Shown: positions 1 to 8,265, counted from the first letter of the stretch. The stretch is 10,394 nt of DNA from Campylobacterales bacterium (GCA_038205935.1 JBBRBK010000072.1:1-10394), one strand, 5' to 3'. Made by a program: numbers and translations. The notes: generated by a model from the sequence alone, not told the origin.

Positions 1-141
1 ACTATCGGCCCTATGACTGCGGCAAAGATTGGGATCGATACCATAGATGTCGGCGTGCCGACCTACGCGATGCATTCCATTCGAGAAAGTGCAGGAAGTG
101 ATGATGCTTACAGCTTATATAAAATATTACTTGAGATTTAG
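1..141 (+). CDS. apeB: M18 family (aspartyl/ApeB-like) aminopeptidase, C-terminal fragment (5' end outside window)
   Basis: Frame 1 reads [46 protein letters not shown] (TAG 139-141). This matches the characteristic M18 C-terminal motifs (GS)TIGP...D.G.P..AMHSIRE. Not in the ORF track. Confidence 0.85.
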   Translation, partial: TIGPMTAAKIGIDTIDVGVPTYAMHSIRESAGSDDAYSLYKILLEI

Positions 142-1119
142 ATGATAACGCAAGAAGAGCTTCAGCACTTAATCGAGCAGACTTATAAGATAGAAAATGA
201 TTTTAAAGATTTGAGAGATTCTTATAAACATCTTCAAAACACAATAGAAAAAGTCGTAGAGTTTTTACCAAATGCAATCTGGATACTTGAAAAAGATGGC
301 AAAGTATTTTTACAAAACTCTCAAGCTAAAGAGCTCTCTGAAATTTTAGTCATACTTCGTCTTGATGAAAATGACTATGAGATCAACTTTAAAGAAAACT
401 CTTATCTTGTACGCATCAGTAATTATCAGGATAAATATCTTATCAGTGCTACAGATATTACCGAGCAAAAACGTAAAGAAAACCTCGCAACTATGGGGCA
501 AATGGCAGCACATCTTTCGCATGAGATAAGAAATCCCATCGGTTCTATTGCTCTGCTTGCTTCAACACTGAAAAAACGGGTCAAACCAGAAAATGTGCAT
601 ATAGTCACTGAGATAGAAAAATCAATCTTTCGAATAGAGAGAATCATCAAAGCGACTTTGATGTTTTCTAAAGGGGTAACTGCTGAGAAAAAAACTCTAC
701 GTTGGAAAGAGATCCAAGACGCGTTGAGTGAAATAACTACTTATTATAGTTACTCCAAAGAGATCGAGTTTCGTTTTCTAGAGGAAGATTTTACACTTTA
801 TGGGGATTTTGATCTTCTTTTAATGATGTTTTCAAACTTTCTTATCAATGCCATCGATGCTATCGAACTTGATGATGAAGAAGCGGGTATTATAGAACTC
901 ACACATGAGAAGGACGAGGAATTTCATTACTTTTATATTTATGATTCAGGCGTACCCATTGAAAATAAAAAAGCTCTCTTTGAAGCGTTTAAAAGTACCA
1001 AAGTCAAAGGAAATGGCCTTGGTTTAATCCTCTCTAAGCAAATAGCCACAGCCCATGATGGAGATGTTTTTTTACTAGAAAATGAAAAAAAAATCTTTGA
1101 AATCAAGATCAAGAGTTAG
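142..1119 (+). CDS. flgS: Cytoplasmic flagellar sensor histidine kinase FlgS
   Basis: 325 aa with no TM helices. It has the N-terminal LIEQTY.IEN..K motif, a PAS-like LPNAIWIL segment, H-box AAHLSHEIRNPIGSI, N-box NFLINAIDAIE, YDSG, and FEAFKSTKVKGNGLGL. All closely resemble Campylobacter FlgS as I recall it. Confidence 0.85.
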   Translation: MITQEELQHLIEQTYKIENDFKDLRDSYKHLQNTIEKVVEFLPNAIWILEKDGKVFLQNSQAKELSEILVILRLDENDYEINFKENSYLVRISNYQDKYLISATDITEQKRKENLATMGQMAAHLSHEIRNPIGSIALLASTLKKRVKPENVHIVTEIEKSIFRIERIIKATLMFSKGVTAEKKTLRWKEIQDALSEITTYYSYSKEIEFRFLEEDFTLYGDFDLLLMMFSNFLINAIDAIELDDEEAGIIELTHEKDEEFHYFYIYDSGVPIENKKALFEAFKSTKVKGNGLGLILSKQIATAHDGDVFLLENEKKIFEIKIKS

Positions 1120-1128
1120 GATCGCATT

Positions 1129-3111
1129 ATGCTTAGTATTAATACTCTTTACACTCCAAATTCAGCATATAAAGAGATGGTTAAACCCTATCTGCAAGAA
1201 AATTTTTCTTCAAAGTTAATTCAAGTTTTTACTCATAAGTGTGAGAAAAACTTTATTGATGCGCTCATCAATGAACTGCACACATTTATGCCAGATGCCA
1301 TTATCATAGGCTCTACGACAGATGGTGAGATACTTGGATCTTCTGTTTATACAGGTACAACAGTGCTCTCTTTTACATTTTTTGAAAAAAGTTATATAAG
1401 GTCTTATCGCTCCTCCTCTGAGATGAAAAATAGAGACAGTTTTCAAAATGGTGCAAAACTTGCAAAATCGATTGTTTTAGAAGATACAAAAGCTGTAATC
1501 AGCTTTGCTGATGGCTTGCACATTAACGCTGATGAATTTTTGCACGGATTTGGCTCCATTCATCCAAATACAATAATTGCAGGAGGATTGGCAGGTGATA
1601 ATGCTTCCTTTAGCGGTACTTATGTCTTTACAAATGAGGGGATCGTTGAAAACGGGGTAGTTGCCGTTGCACTTGATGGAAAAGATCTGAATGTTGTGAC
1701 AGATTTTAGCTTTGGATGGATACCGATAGGTACAAAAATGTTGGTAACTAGCTCTGAAAAAAATCAAGTCTATACAATAGATAACCAACCAGCCGTTGAA
1801 GTTTATAGCAGATACCTAGGAGAGGAAGCGGGCAAAACACTTCCTGCAATCGGTATCGAGTTCCCACTTATTATTCATGAAGGCGGATACAATTATGCCA
1901 GAGCTGTTTTAGCAAAAAAGCCAGATGGTTCACTTCTGTTTGCTGGAAATATTCCCGAGGGTACTTACGTTCACTTTGGAGTCGGCGAAGTCAATGAGAT
2001 CTTACTTCAGTCACATCATCTTTTAGATATGATGAATGCATATCCGATTGAGTCTCTGTTTTCATATTCGTGTATGGCACGCAGAAGATTTTTAAATAAA
2101 AATGCCTCTTTGGAATTTGAGGCACTGAGTTCAATAGCACCGATTGCAGGTTTTTGTACATATGGAGAATTTTTTCATAAAAATGGTGCAAACTATCTCT
2201 TTAATCAAACCACTACAATTATGGGAATGTGGGAAGATAACTCATTACATGTAGAGAAAAAAAGTTTTAAAGAGCTTAAAACTACAAAAGAGTATGCTTT
2301 TCATTCTCTTGGTACGCTCAAAGCACTGACCCATCTTATCAATGTTGTGACAAAAGAACTCGCAAACGCTAACGAGAAGATCGAAGAAAAATCGAAAATT
2401 ATGTTGGTGCAGTCAAGACATAGTGCTATGGGAGAGATGGTTGGAAATATTGCGCATCAATGGAGACAGCCTCTCAATGCCTTGGCACTGACGATTCAAA
2501 ATCTTGAGGATGCCTATGAATATGGAGAGGTTAATGGGGAATATATCAGTGATATGGTTAAAAAATCGATGTTTCAGATCAATTATATGTCAAGTACCAT
2601 TGATGATTTTCGCAGTTTTTTACAACCTAGTAACTTAAATGACAGTTTTACGTTTGAAATGATTTGGCAAAGAATTTTAATCCTTCTTAAAGGCTCATTG
2701 AGCAGTCATCATATAGAATATAAGTTTGATAATAGATATTCTGGAAAGATACAAGGCAGCGAAAATGAGTTTGTGCAGGTCATTATTAATCTTGTCAATA
2801 ATGCAAAAGATGCTTTACTGATGAATGATATTAAAGAAAAAAAGATCAGATTAACAGCATATGAGGATGGAAACTGTATCTTCGTAAAGATTTGCGATAA
2901 TGCATGAGGCGTGCCACAGGAGATCAAAGATCAGATTTTTGAACCCTATTTTACGACTAAGACTCTTATGAATGGAAGCGGACTTGGACTTTATATATCG
3001 AAAATGATCATTGAACAGAGAATGCATGGGAAAATATATGTTAAAAATAATGATGAGGGAGCTTGCTTTATTTTGCAGTTTCCTAAAAAGCAAGAAGAGG
3101 TCAAGTTATGA
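1129..3111 (+). pseudogene. FIST (FIST_N+FIST_C, NosP-like) domain sensor histidine kinase, interrupted by an in-frame TGA at 2905-2907 (660 aa if read through; 592 aa if truncated)
   Basis: AGGA RBS at 1118-1121. FIST motifs GSTTDGEI, AGGLAGDN, GWIPIG, SCMARR and GFCTYGE. H-box NIAHQWRQPL (His codon 2455-2457) and N-box NLVNNAKDA. Then ICDNA-TGA-GVPQEIKDQIFEPYFTTK...GSGLGLYISK...GACFIL in the same frame, so ORFs 1129..2907 and 2911..3111 are one gene. Whether this is a pseudogene, a sequencing error or readthrough cannot be decided from the sequence alone. Confidence 0.8.
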
Positions 3112-5036
3112 AAAAAAATAAATTTGATATTTCAGTACTTGTTGTTGAAGATGAAGTGGATGTTTTAGAACAGCTTCTCTTTATTATTGGTAGACGAGTG
3201 ACGCAGACATTTGGCGCTAAAGATGGACAAGAGGCTTTGGAAATCTTTAAGAAAGAATCTATTGATCTCATCTTAAGTGATATTGACATGCCATTGATGG
3301 ATGGTCTAGATTTGTTAAAAAAGATACGCGAAGAAAATAAAGAGATCCCCTTTATTATGTCAACAGGACTTAAAAATCTCGATGTATTATCAACTGCCAT
3401 CGAGTATGGAATAAGCTCATTTTTACCAAAGCCTGTACAAAAAGAGACTCTGCTTAAAAAACTTGAAGAGATTGCTTTAATGGTGGAAGCCAGAAAAAAG
3501 AGAGAGGAACTCTTACGATTAAAAAGTGATTTCATTGCCAATATGAGTCATGAAATACGTACGCCGATGAATGCTATCATCGGTTTTAACACACTTTTAA
3601 AAACTACAGAGCTGAGTGAAAAACAGAAAAAATATGTAGGTATCATAGACAACAGCACAGATACTCTTTTGGCAATAGTAGATGATATTCTTGACTTTTC
3701 AAAACTTGAAGCAAAAAAAATGAATCTCAATCTTGTAAGCGTTAATTTTGAGCATGAGATTGAAAGTATTGTAGAGCTTTTTCGTGCCAAAGCAGATGAG
3801 AAAAATATAACGCTTACATTGAAAGTAGATATAGGTTCTAACCTATGCTTGTGCATCGATATCTTTAGGTTTAGACAGATCATTTCAAATTTGATATCTA
3901 ATGCTATAAAGTTCACTGATAAATGTGGAACTATTTTAGTTTATATACAAGTAGTAGAGCAAAAAGCGGATATTTTATCTTTACATGTAGGTGTGAAAGA
4001 TAATGGTATTGGAGTTGAAAAAGAGAAACAAAAACATATTTTTGAAGCGTTTGCTCAGGCTGATGATTCTACGACTAGAAAATTTGGCGGGACAGGCTTG
4101 GGTCTTAGCATATGTTCTAGTCTTGTCAATCTTATGGGCGGTGTTTTATCTCTAAACTCGAAAGAGAATGAAGGCAGTGATTTTTTCTTCACTTTAGATC
4201 TTAAAATCTGTCAGGAAAAAGATATATCTGAACCTCAAACGGATAGAAACCATAAGTTCAATAAAAGCTATAAAGCAAATATACTTGTCGCTGAGGATAA
4301 TGAGCTCAATAGTGAATTTATATCTGAACTGTTAAATCTATACAAGATACAAAACCACATTGTAGACAATGGAAAAAGAGCTGTTGAAGAGTTACATAAA
4401 AAGAAATATGATCTTATACTCATGGATATCAATATGCCGATTATGGGTGGAATCGACGCACTCAAGGCAATAAGAGAACTCGGGTATACAACGCCTGTTA
4501 TCGCGCTGACTGCAAGTTCAATGCATGGAGATAGAGAAAAATATCTACAAGAGGGATTTGATGAATACATTTCAAAACCTATAGATATCAATGAACTTGA
4601 AAAAGTTTTTGACCATTACCTGCAAAAATCTGAGTTTGTTCTAGAAGAGAAAGAAGAAATAGTGTTACATGTAAAGAACGAGATAAAAAACCATATAGAT
4701 ATACAGCAGCTTGAAAATGACTTTGCCTTCTCGAAAGGACTTTGTCAAAAACTGCTAAAACTATTTGTAGAAAACTATCCAAAATATATGAAAAATCTTC
4801 AAGATGCCATTGAGCAAAAAGATTATAAAAGCATATATCAATGGGCGCATACACTCAAAGGATCAGCGGCAAATCTTAAGATGGAACTTGTAAAAGATCT
4901 TTCAAAAGAGTTAGAAGATGCAGGAGCAAAAGAGGAACAAATAAATTATGAAACAAAGTTTAGGGAACTTTCCTCTGTTTTGGAATTGATAGATCAAGAG
5001 ATACAAGATGTACTTAAAAAGAGTGACTCTTTATGA
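3108..5036 (+). CDS. Hybrid histidine kinase/response regulator, REC-HisKA-HATPase_c-REC-Hpt
   Basis: N-terminal REC (VVEDE, LILSDIDMP, KP). H-box FIANMSHEIRTPMNAI (His 3549-3551), NLISNAIKFT, DNGIG, FAQADDSTTRKFGGTGLGL. Second REC (AEDN, LMDINMP, SKP) and Hpt AHTLKGSA (His 4848-4850). ATGA overlap with the upstream stop, and a GAGG RBS near 3097-3100. Confidence 0.93.
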   Translation: MKKNKFDISVLVVEDEVDVLEQLLFIIGRRVTQTFGAKDGQEALEIFKKESIDLILSDIDMPLMDGLDLLKKIREENKEIPFIMSTGLKNLDVLSTAIEYGISSFLPKPVQKETLLKKLEEIALMVEARKKREELLRLKSDFIANMSHEIRTPMNAIIGFNTLLKTTELSEKQKKYVGIIDNSTDTLLAIVDDILDFSKLEAKKMNLNLVSVNFEHEIESIVELFRAKADEKNITLTLKVDIGSNLCLCIDIFRFRQIISNLISNAIKFTDKCGTILVYIQVVEQKADILSLHVGVKDNGIGVEKEKQKHIFEAFAQADDSTTRKFGGTGLGLSICSSLVNLMGGVLSLNSKENEGSDFFFTLDLKICQEKDISEPQTDRNHKFNKSYKANILVAEDNELNSEFISELLNLYKIQNHIVDNGKRAVEELHKKKYDLILMDINMPIMGGIDALKAIRELGYTTPVIALTASSMHGDREKYLQEGFDEYISKPIDINELEKVFDHYLQKSEFVLEEKEEIVLHVKNEIKNHIDIQQLENDFAFSKGLCQKLLKLFVENYPKYMKNLQDAIEQKDYKSIYQWAHTLKGSAANLKMELVKDLSKELEDAGAKEEQINYETKFRELSSVLELIDQEIQDVLKKSDSL

Positions 5037-5923
5037 CTCTAGATTGTAAAGCAAAAAGTTCTTCAACTATTTTAGAATACTTCGAAAATAACCCTCTCCA
5101 AGAGGGCGAGATCTTAGAACTTGAACTCTTTGACACTGATATAGAGAAGATAGGTTACAAAGCGTTTATAGACCTTGCACAGCTCTTTTTTATGAAGATG
5201 CTTACTCCGTTTATGAAAGATGAGAATATTACAGTTTTACGCTTTTACAAGCTTCATAGAGAAAGTTCATTTCACAAGTCTGAGCAAAGTCATGAAAAAT
5301 ATGGCGTAAAAAGCGAGTTTTTCAAGATTGATAAAACAGCGCAGTTTAGCTTTTTGTATCATTACAAAGAAGCTCTGAGATTTGTCAATATCAAAGAAAA
5401 AATGAGAATTTTAAATCTTGGTATCAATAAAGCAGATGAATTTGTTATCCTCAAAGAGATGCTACCATGTAAGGAGTTTGAAGAGAAAAAATTTGTCGGC
5501 ATCGATTATTCTGCTTCGGCTATAGAGTACGCAAACGAGAACTTTGCCTATCCTAATGTAGAGTTTATCACGCATGATATTAATGCTTTGGATGAACTTG
5601 ATCTCGGAGAGTTTGATCTTATCATCTCCATTGGAACACTTCAAAGTAGCAGTATAGATTTTAATCTGATGTTTATGAATTTGTATCAAAACTACCTTCA
5701 AAAGGGCGGTTCTATCATACTGGGATTTCCAAATTGCAGATGGATAGATGGCGAGATGATTTATGGTGCAAAAGCTCCAAACTATAAATTTAGTGAGATG
5801 AGTTTAGTGCTTAAAGATATCCATTTTTGTAAAAAATATTTGCAGCAGAAAAAATGTAGAGTGGTTGTAACGGGGAAAGATTATCTTTTTTTAAGTGCGA
5901 GAAAGATTGGTGAAAATAAGTAG
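5033..5923 (+). CDS. Class I SAM-dependent methyltransferase, substrate unknown
   Basis: 296 aa. Motif I-like ILNLGINKADE, post-I VGIDYS.SAIEYA, HDINAL, FDLIISIGTL and LQKGGSIIL. ATGA overlap with the hybrid kinase stop. Confidence 0.8.
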   Translation: MTLDCKAKSSSTILEYFENNPLQEGEILELELFDTDIEKIGYKAFIDLAQLFFMKMLTPFMKDENITVLRFYKLHRESSFHKSEQSHEKYGVKSEFFKIDKTAQFSFLYHYKEALRFVNIKEKMRILNLGINKADEFVILKEMLPCKEFEEKKFVGIDYSASAIEYANENFAYPNVEFITHDINALDELDLGEFDLIISIGTLQSSSIDFNLMFMNLYQNYLQKGGSIILGFPNCRWIDGEMIYGAKAPNYKFSEMSLVLKDIHFCKKYLQQKKCRVVVTGKDYLFLSARKIGENK

Positions 5924-5939
5924 AAAAGTTCTACTTATT
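5915..5939. terminator. Perfect 11-bp inverted repeat at the convergent junction; possible bidirectional terminator or pause hairpin
   Basis: AATAAGTAGAA (5915-5925), AAG loop, TTCTACTTATT (5929-5939), spanning both stop codons. The stem is AT-rich and lacks a classical U-tract, so the function is uncertain. Confidence 0.4.
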
Positions 5940-6605
5940 AAACATCAAAGAGCCAAGGCGAACCATATTTGAACCGCATTTTATAGCAAGCTCAAAATCC
6001 CCACTCATACCCATAGAACAAATTGTTGCACCTTCTAACTGTGTATAAATTTTATGTGTCTTCTCAAAGCTTTTTTGGATGATTTCTCTATCTTCAGAAT
6101 GAGCCCCAATGCTCATCACACCTTTGAGGTTTATATGCTTACATGTAGAGCGAATCTCATTGTAAGTTTCTATCGCATTTTCTGGTAATACACCCGATTT
6201 TGATTCTTCATACGCTGAGTTTATTTGAAGCAGGGCGTCCATTGTTATGCCATTACTTTCTAAACGCTTATCGAGTTCAAGCGCTAGTTCTAAAGAGTCA
6301 AGTGACTGAAAAAGAAAAGGATTTGCTTTTATGAGATGATTGATCTTATTTTTTTGCAAGTTGCCTATAAAATGCCACTCAAGAGGAAGTGCGTCAAGTT
6401 CTTCTGCTTTTTTCTCTAAGTCTTGGACTTTATTTTCTCCAAAAGCACGTTGACCTATTTCATATAAGGCTTTTATTTCCGCAGAAGTTGAGTATTTACT
6501 GACCGCGACTATTTTTACAATATGGTGTTCGCTTACACTCAGTCTTGCTTTTTCTACACGAGTGATAATGGAATCTATGTGGAGTTTGTATTGTAATTGT
6601 GTCAT
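5931..6605 (-). CDS. yggS: YggS family pyridoxal phosphate homeostasis protein
   Basis: AVSKY (PLP lysine), FGENKVQ, WHFIGNLQKNK, SMGMSGDFELAI..GSNMVRLGS. Confidence 0.95.
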   Translation of the reverse strand: MTQLQYKLHIDSIITRVEKARLSVSEHHIVKIVAVSKYSTSAEIKALYEIGQRAFGENKVQDLEKKAEELDALPLEWHFIGNLQKNKINHLIKANPFLFQSLDSLELALELDKRLESNGITMDALLQINSAYEESKSGVLPENAIETYNEIRSTCKHINLKGVMSIGAHSEDREIIQKSFEKTHKIYTQLEGATICSMGMSGDFELAIKCGSNMVRLGSLMFNK

Positions 6606-6607
6606 TT

Positions 6608-7666
6608 TTAGCCCTCTATCAATCTGTTAATATCATTGTAAAGCCCAAGTCCCATCAAGCCAAAGAGCACGACCCAGCCAGCGACGGTTAAACGAACAAG
6701 CATCGCTTCACTCGGCGCGCGTCTTGTGATAAGTTCATAAAGATTAAACATGATATGTCCGCCATCAAGTGCGGGAATAGGAAAAAGGTTTAAAACACCT
6801 AAGTTTACAGAGATAAGAGCGGCAAAAAAGAAAACCGCCATCCAGCCTTGCGCCGTCGCATCAGAAGTGATCTTTACGATAGAGATCACTCCGCCCATCT
6901 CTTTAGCTGGAACATCGCCCATTATGAGCTTTTTTACCCCTTGAAAGATCATCGTCGAAGCAAATACCGTTTGCTCAGTTGCATAGTTTAAAACAGCAAG
7001 TGGCGAGAGAGATAACGGGTGTGTGATGCCCGCACTTCCCACACCAATCATCGGTTTATAGATATTCTCTTTGAACATATTTGTTGTCTTTGTAAGCTTT
7101 GGAGTGAGGCTTACATGTAAGCTTTGATTTGCTCTTAAAAGAGTCAAATTAAGAGTTTCACCTTTATTTGCGGCAATGATATCAGACATCTCTTTCCATG
7201 TGGAAATTGTTACGCCATTGATGGCTGTAATGGTATCATTTGACTCAAGTCCTGCAAGTGAAGCTGCAGAAGAGGGCACAATCCCACCAAGAATAGGAGA
7301 TAAAATTCCTGGAGAACCAAGCGCGATAAAGATATATAAAACAAAAGCCAAAATAAAGTTTGCAGCAGGACCAGCGAGAAGAATTAAGATTCTTTGAAGA
7401 GGTGTTTTTGAGTTATAACTATCTTTGTCTTGGCTCGTTTGTGTAGGATCCGTATCATCTTGACCCTTCATCTTGACATAACCGCCAAGAGGAAATATGG
7501 CAATTTGCCACTGAGTATTAAACATACGAAATGAGGCAATTTTCTTGCCAAAACCTATGCTAAATACTTCAATATAAACGCCGAAAAATTTGGCAACACT
7601 ATAATGACCTAATTCGTGAAAAAATATCAGTACCGATAAAACAAGTAATGCGACTAACCAACTCAT
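6608..7666 (-). CDS. rseP: RIP metalloprotease RseP (site-2 protease, single PDZ)
   Basis: HELGH zinc motif in TM1, FSIGFG, PLGGYVKM, AGPAANF, a PDZ segment (SAASLAGLESNDTITAING) and NLFPIPALDGG. Confidence 0.95.
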   Translation of the reverse strand: MSWLVALLVLSVLIFFHELGHYSVAKFFGVYIEVFSIGFGKKIASFRMFNTQWQIAIFPLGGYVKMKGQDDTDPTQTSQDKDSYNSKTPLQRILILLAGPAANFILAFVLYIFIALGSPGILSPILGGIVPSSAASLAGLESNDTITAINGVTISTWKEMSDIIAANKGETLNLTLLRANQSLHVSLTPKLTKTTNMFKENIYKPMIGVGSAGITHPLSLSPLAVLNYATEQTVFASTMIFQGVKKLIMGDVPAKEMGGVISIVKITSDATAQGWMAVFFFAALISVNLGVLNLFPIPALDGGHIMFNLYELITRRAPSEAMLVRLTVAGWVVLFGLMGLGLYNDINRLIEG

Positions 7667-8217
7667 GATTTACTCCCTTTTAATATGGCAGATCTAAAGC
7701 TCCAAACATATTCAGCGCCTGAGTAAATCGTAAGCGCGACGGCTATCCACAAAAGTGGCACGGCATAAGGCCAATGCATAAGCATAAAACCAATGGCGAT
7801 CATCTGAGAAACTGTTTTTACTTTTCCTGCAAATGATGCTTTGACACTGATATTTTCACTCACAGCAACTGTGCGAAGAGCAGTGATAAAAAGCTCACGA
7901 ATGATGATAATATAGATAGCCCAAACTGAAGCTTCACCACTCATCATAAGCCCTAAAAATGCCGCGATTGTAAGCATTTTATCTGCAAGTGGATCAATGA
8001 TGGCACCGAGTACTGTGGATTGGTTCCATTCTCTTGCGATATAACCGTCAAAAAAGTCTGTGACAGAAGCAAGAACAAAGAGCAGGGCAGCTGCGTAATA
8101 GTTCCAACTGATATCAAATCCATTATCTGTAAAAATTGCAGGATTTAGGATCACCCAAAACATAATCGGAGCAATCAAAATTCGTAAAGAGGCTAAAAAA
8201 TTTGGTAGGTTTAACAA
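7663..8217 (-). CDS. pgsA: CDP-diacylglycerol--glycerol-3-phosphate 3-phosphatidyltransferase
   Basis: NLPN.L..LR N-terminus, CDP-alcohol phosphotransferase motif DFFDGYIAR...GAIIDPLADK, and GKVKTVSQ. TTG start with an AAGGA RBS (plus-strand TCCTT 8223-8227). ATGA overlap with the rseP start. Confidence 0.95.
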   Translation of the reverse strand: MLNLPNFLASLRILIAPIMFWVILNPAIFTDNGFDISWNYYAAALLFVLASVTDFFDGYIAREWNQSTVLGAIIDPLADKMLTIAAFLGLMMSGEASVWAIYIIIIRELFITALRTVAVSENISVKASFAGKVKTVSQMIAIGFMLMHWPYAVPLLWIAVALTIYSGAEYVWSFRSAILKGSKS

Positions 8218-8244
8218 AAAAGTCCTTATCTGTTTTTATGTGCA

Positions 8245-8265
8245 ATTTTAGCGGGTTCTTACTTA
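8245..8265 (-). promoter_or_regulatory. Putative sigma70 promoter for pgsA-rseP-yggS
   Basis: The minus strand reads TAAGTAAGAACCCGC-TAAAAT (-10 box at 8250-8245), about 28 nt upstream of the pgsA start. gcTAAAAT preceded by a TAAG motif is typical of Campylobacterota RpoD promoters. Confidence 0.5.

Noticed and set aside
2905..2907. Genome-wide UGA=Gly recoding (genetic code 25) as the explanation for the in-frame TGA
   Set aside because: TGA is used as a real stop at 3109-3111, 5034-5036 and 7665-7663 (all ATGA overlaps), and no other gene in the window has an internal TGA.
2911..3111. 66-aa ORF as an independent gene
   Set aside because: It is the in-frame C-terminal half of the HATPase domain of the upstream kinase. 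The only SD-like GAGG lies 1 nt from the GTG.
1106..5000. 10-bp direct repeat AGATCAAGAG at 1106-1115 and 4991-5000, roughly flanking the two extra kinases
   Set aside because: Ten-base matches are expected by chance in 10 kb of AT-rich DNA. The second copy is inside the coding region, and no integrase or transposase is present.
5018..5040. Small hairpin AAAGAG-TGA-CTCTTT and TGACTCT duplication at the hybrid kinase/methyltransferase junction
   Set aside because: Only 6-7 bp and weak, so not distinguishable from chance.
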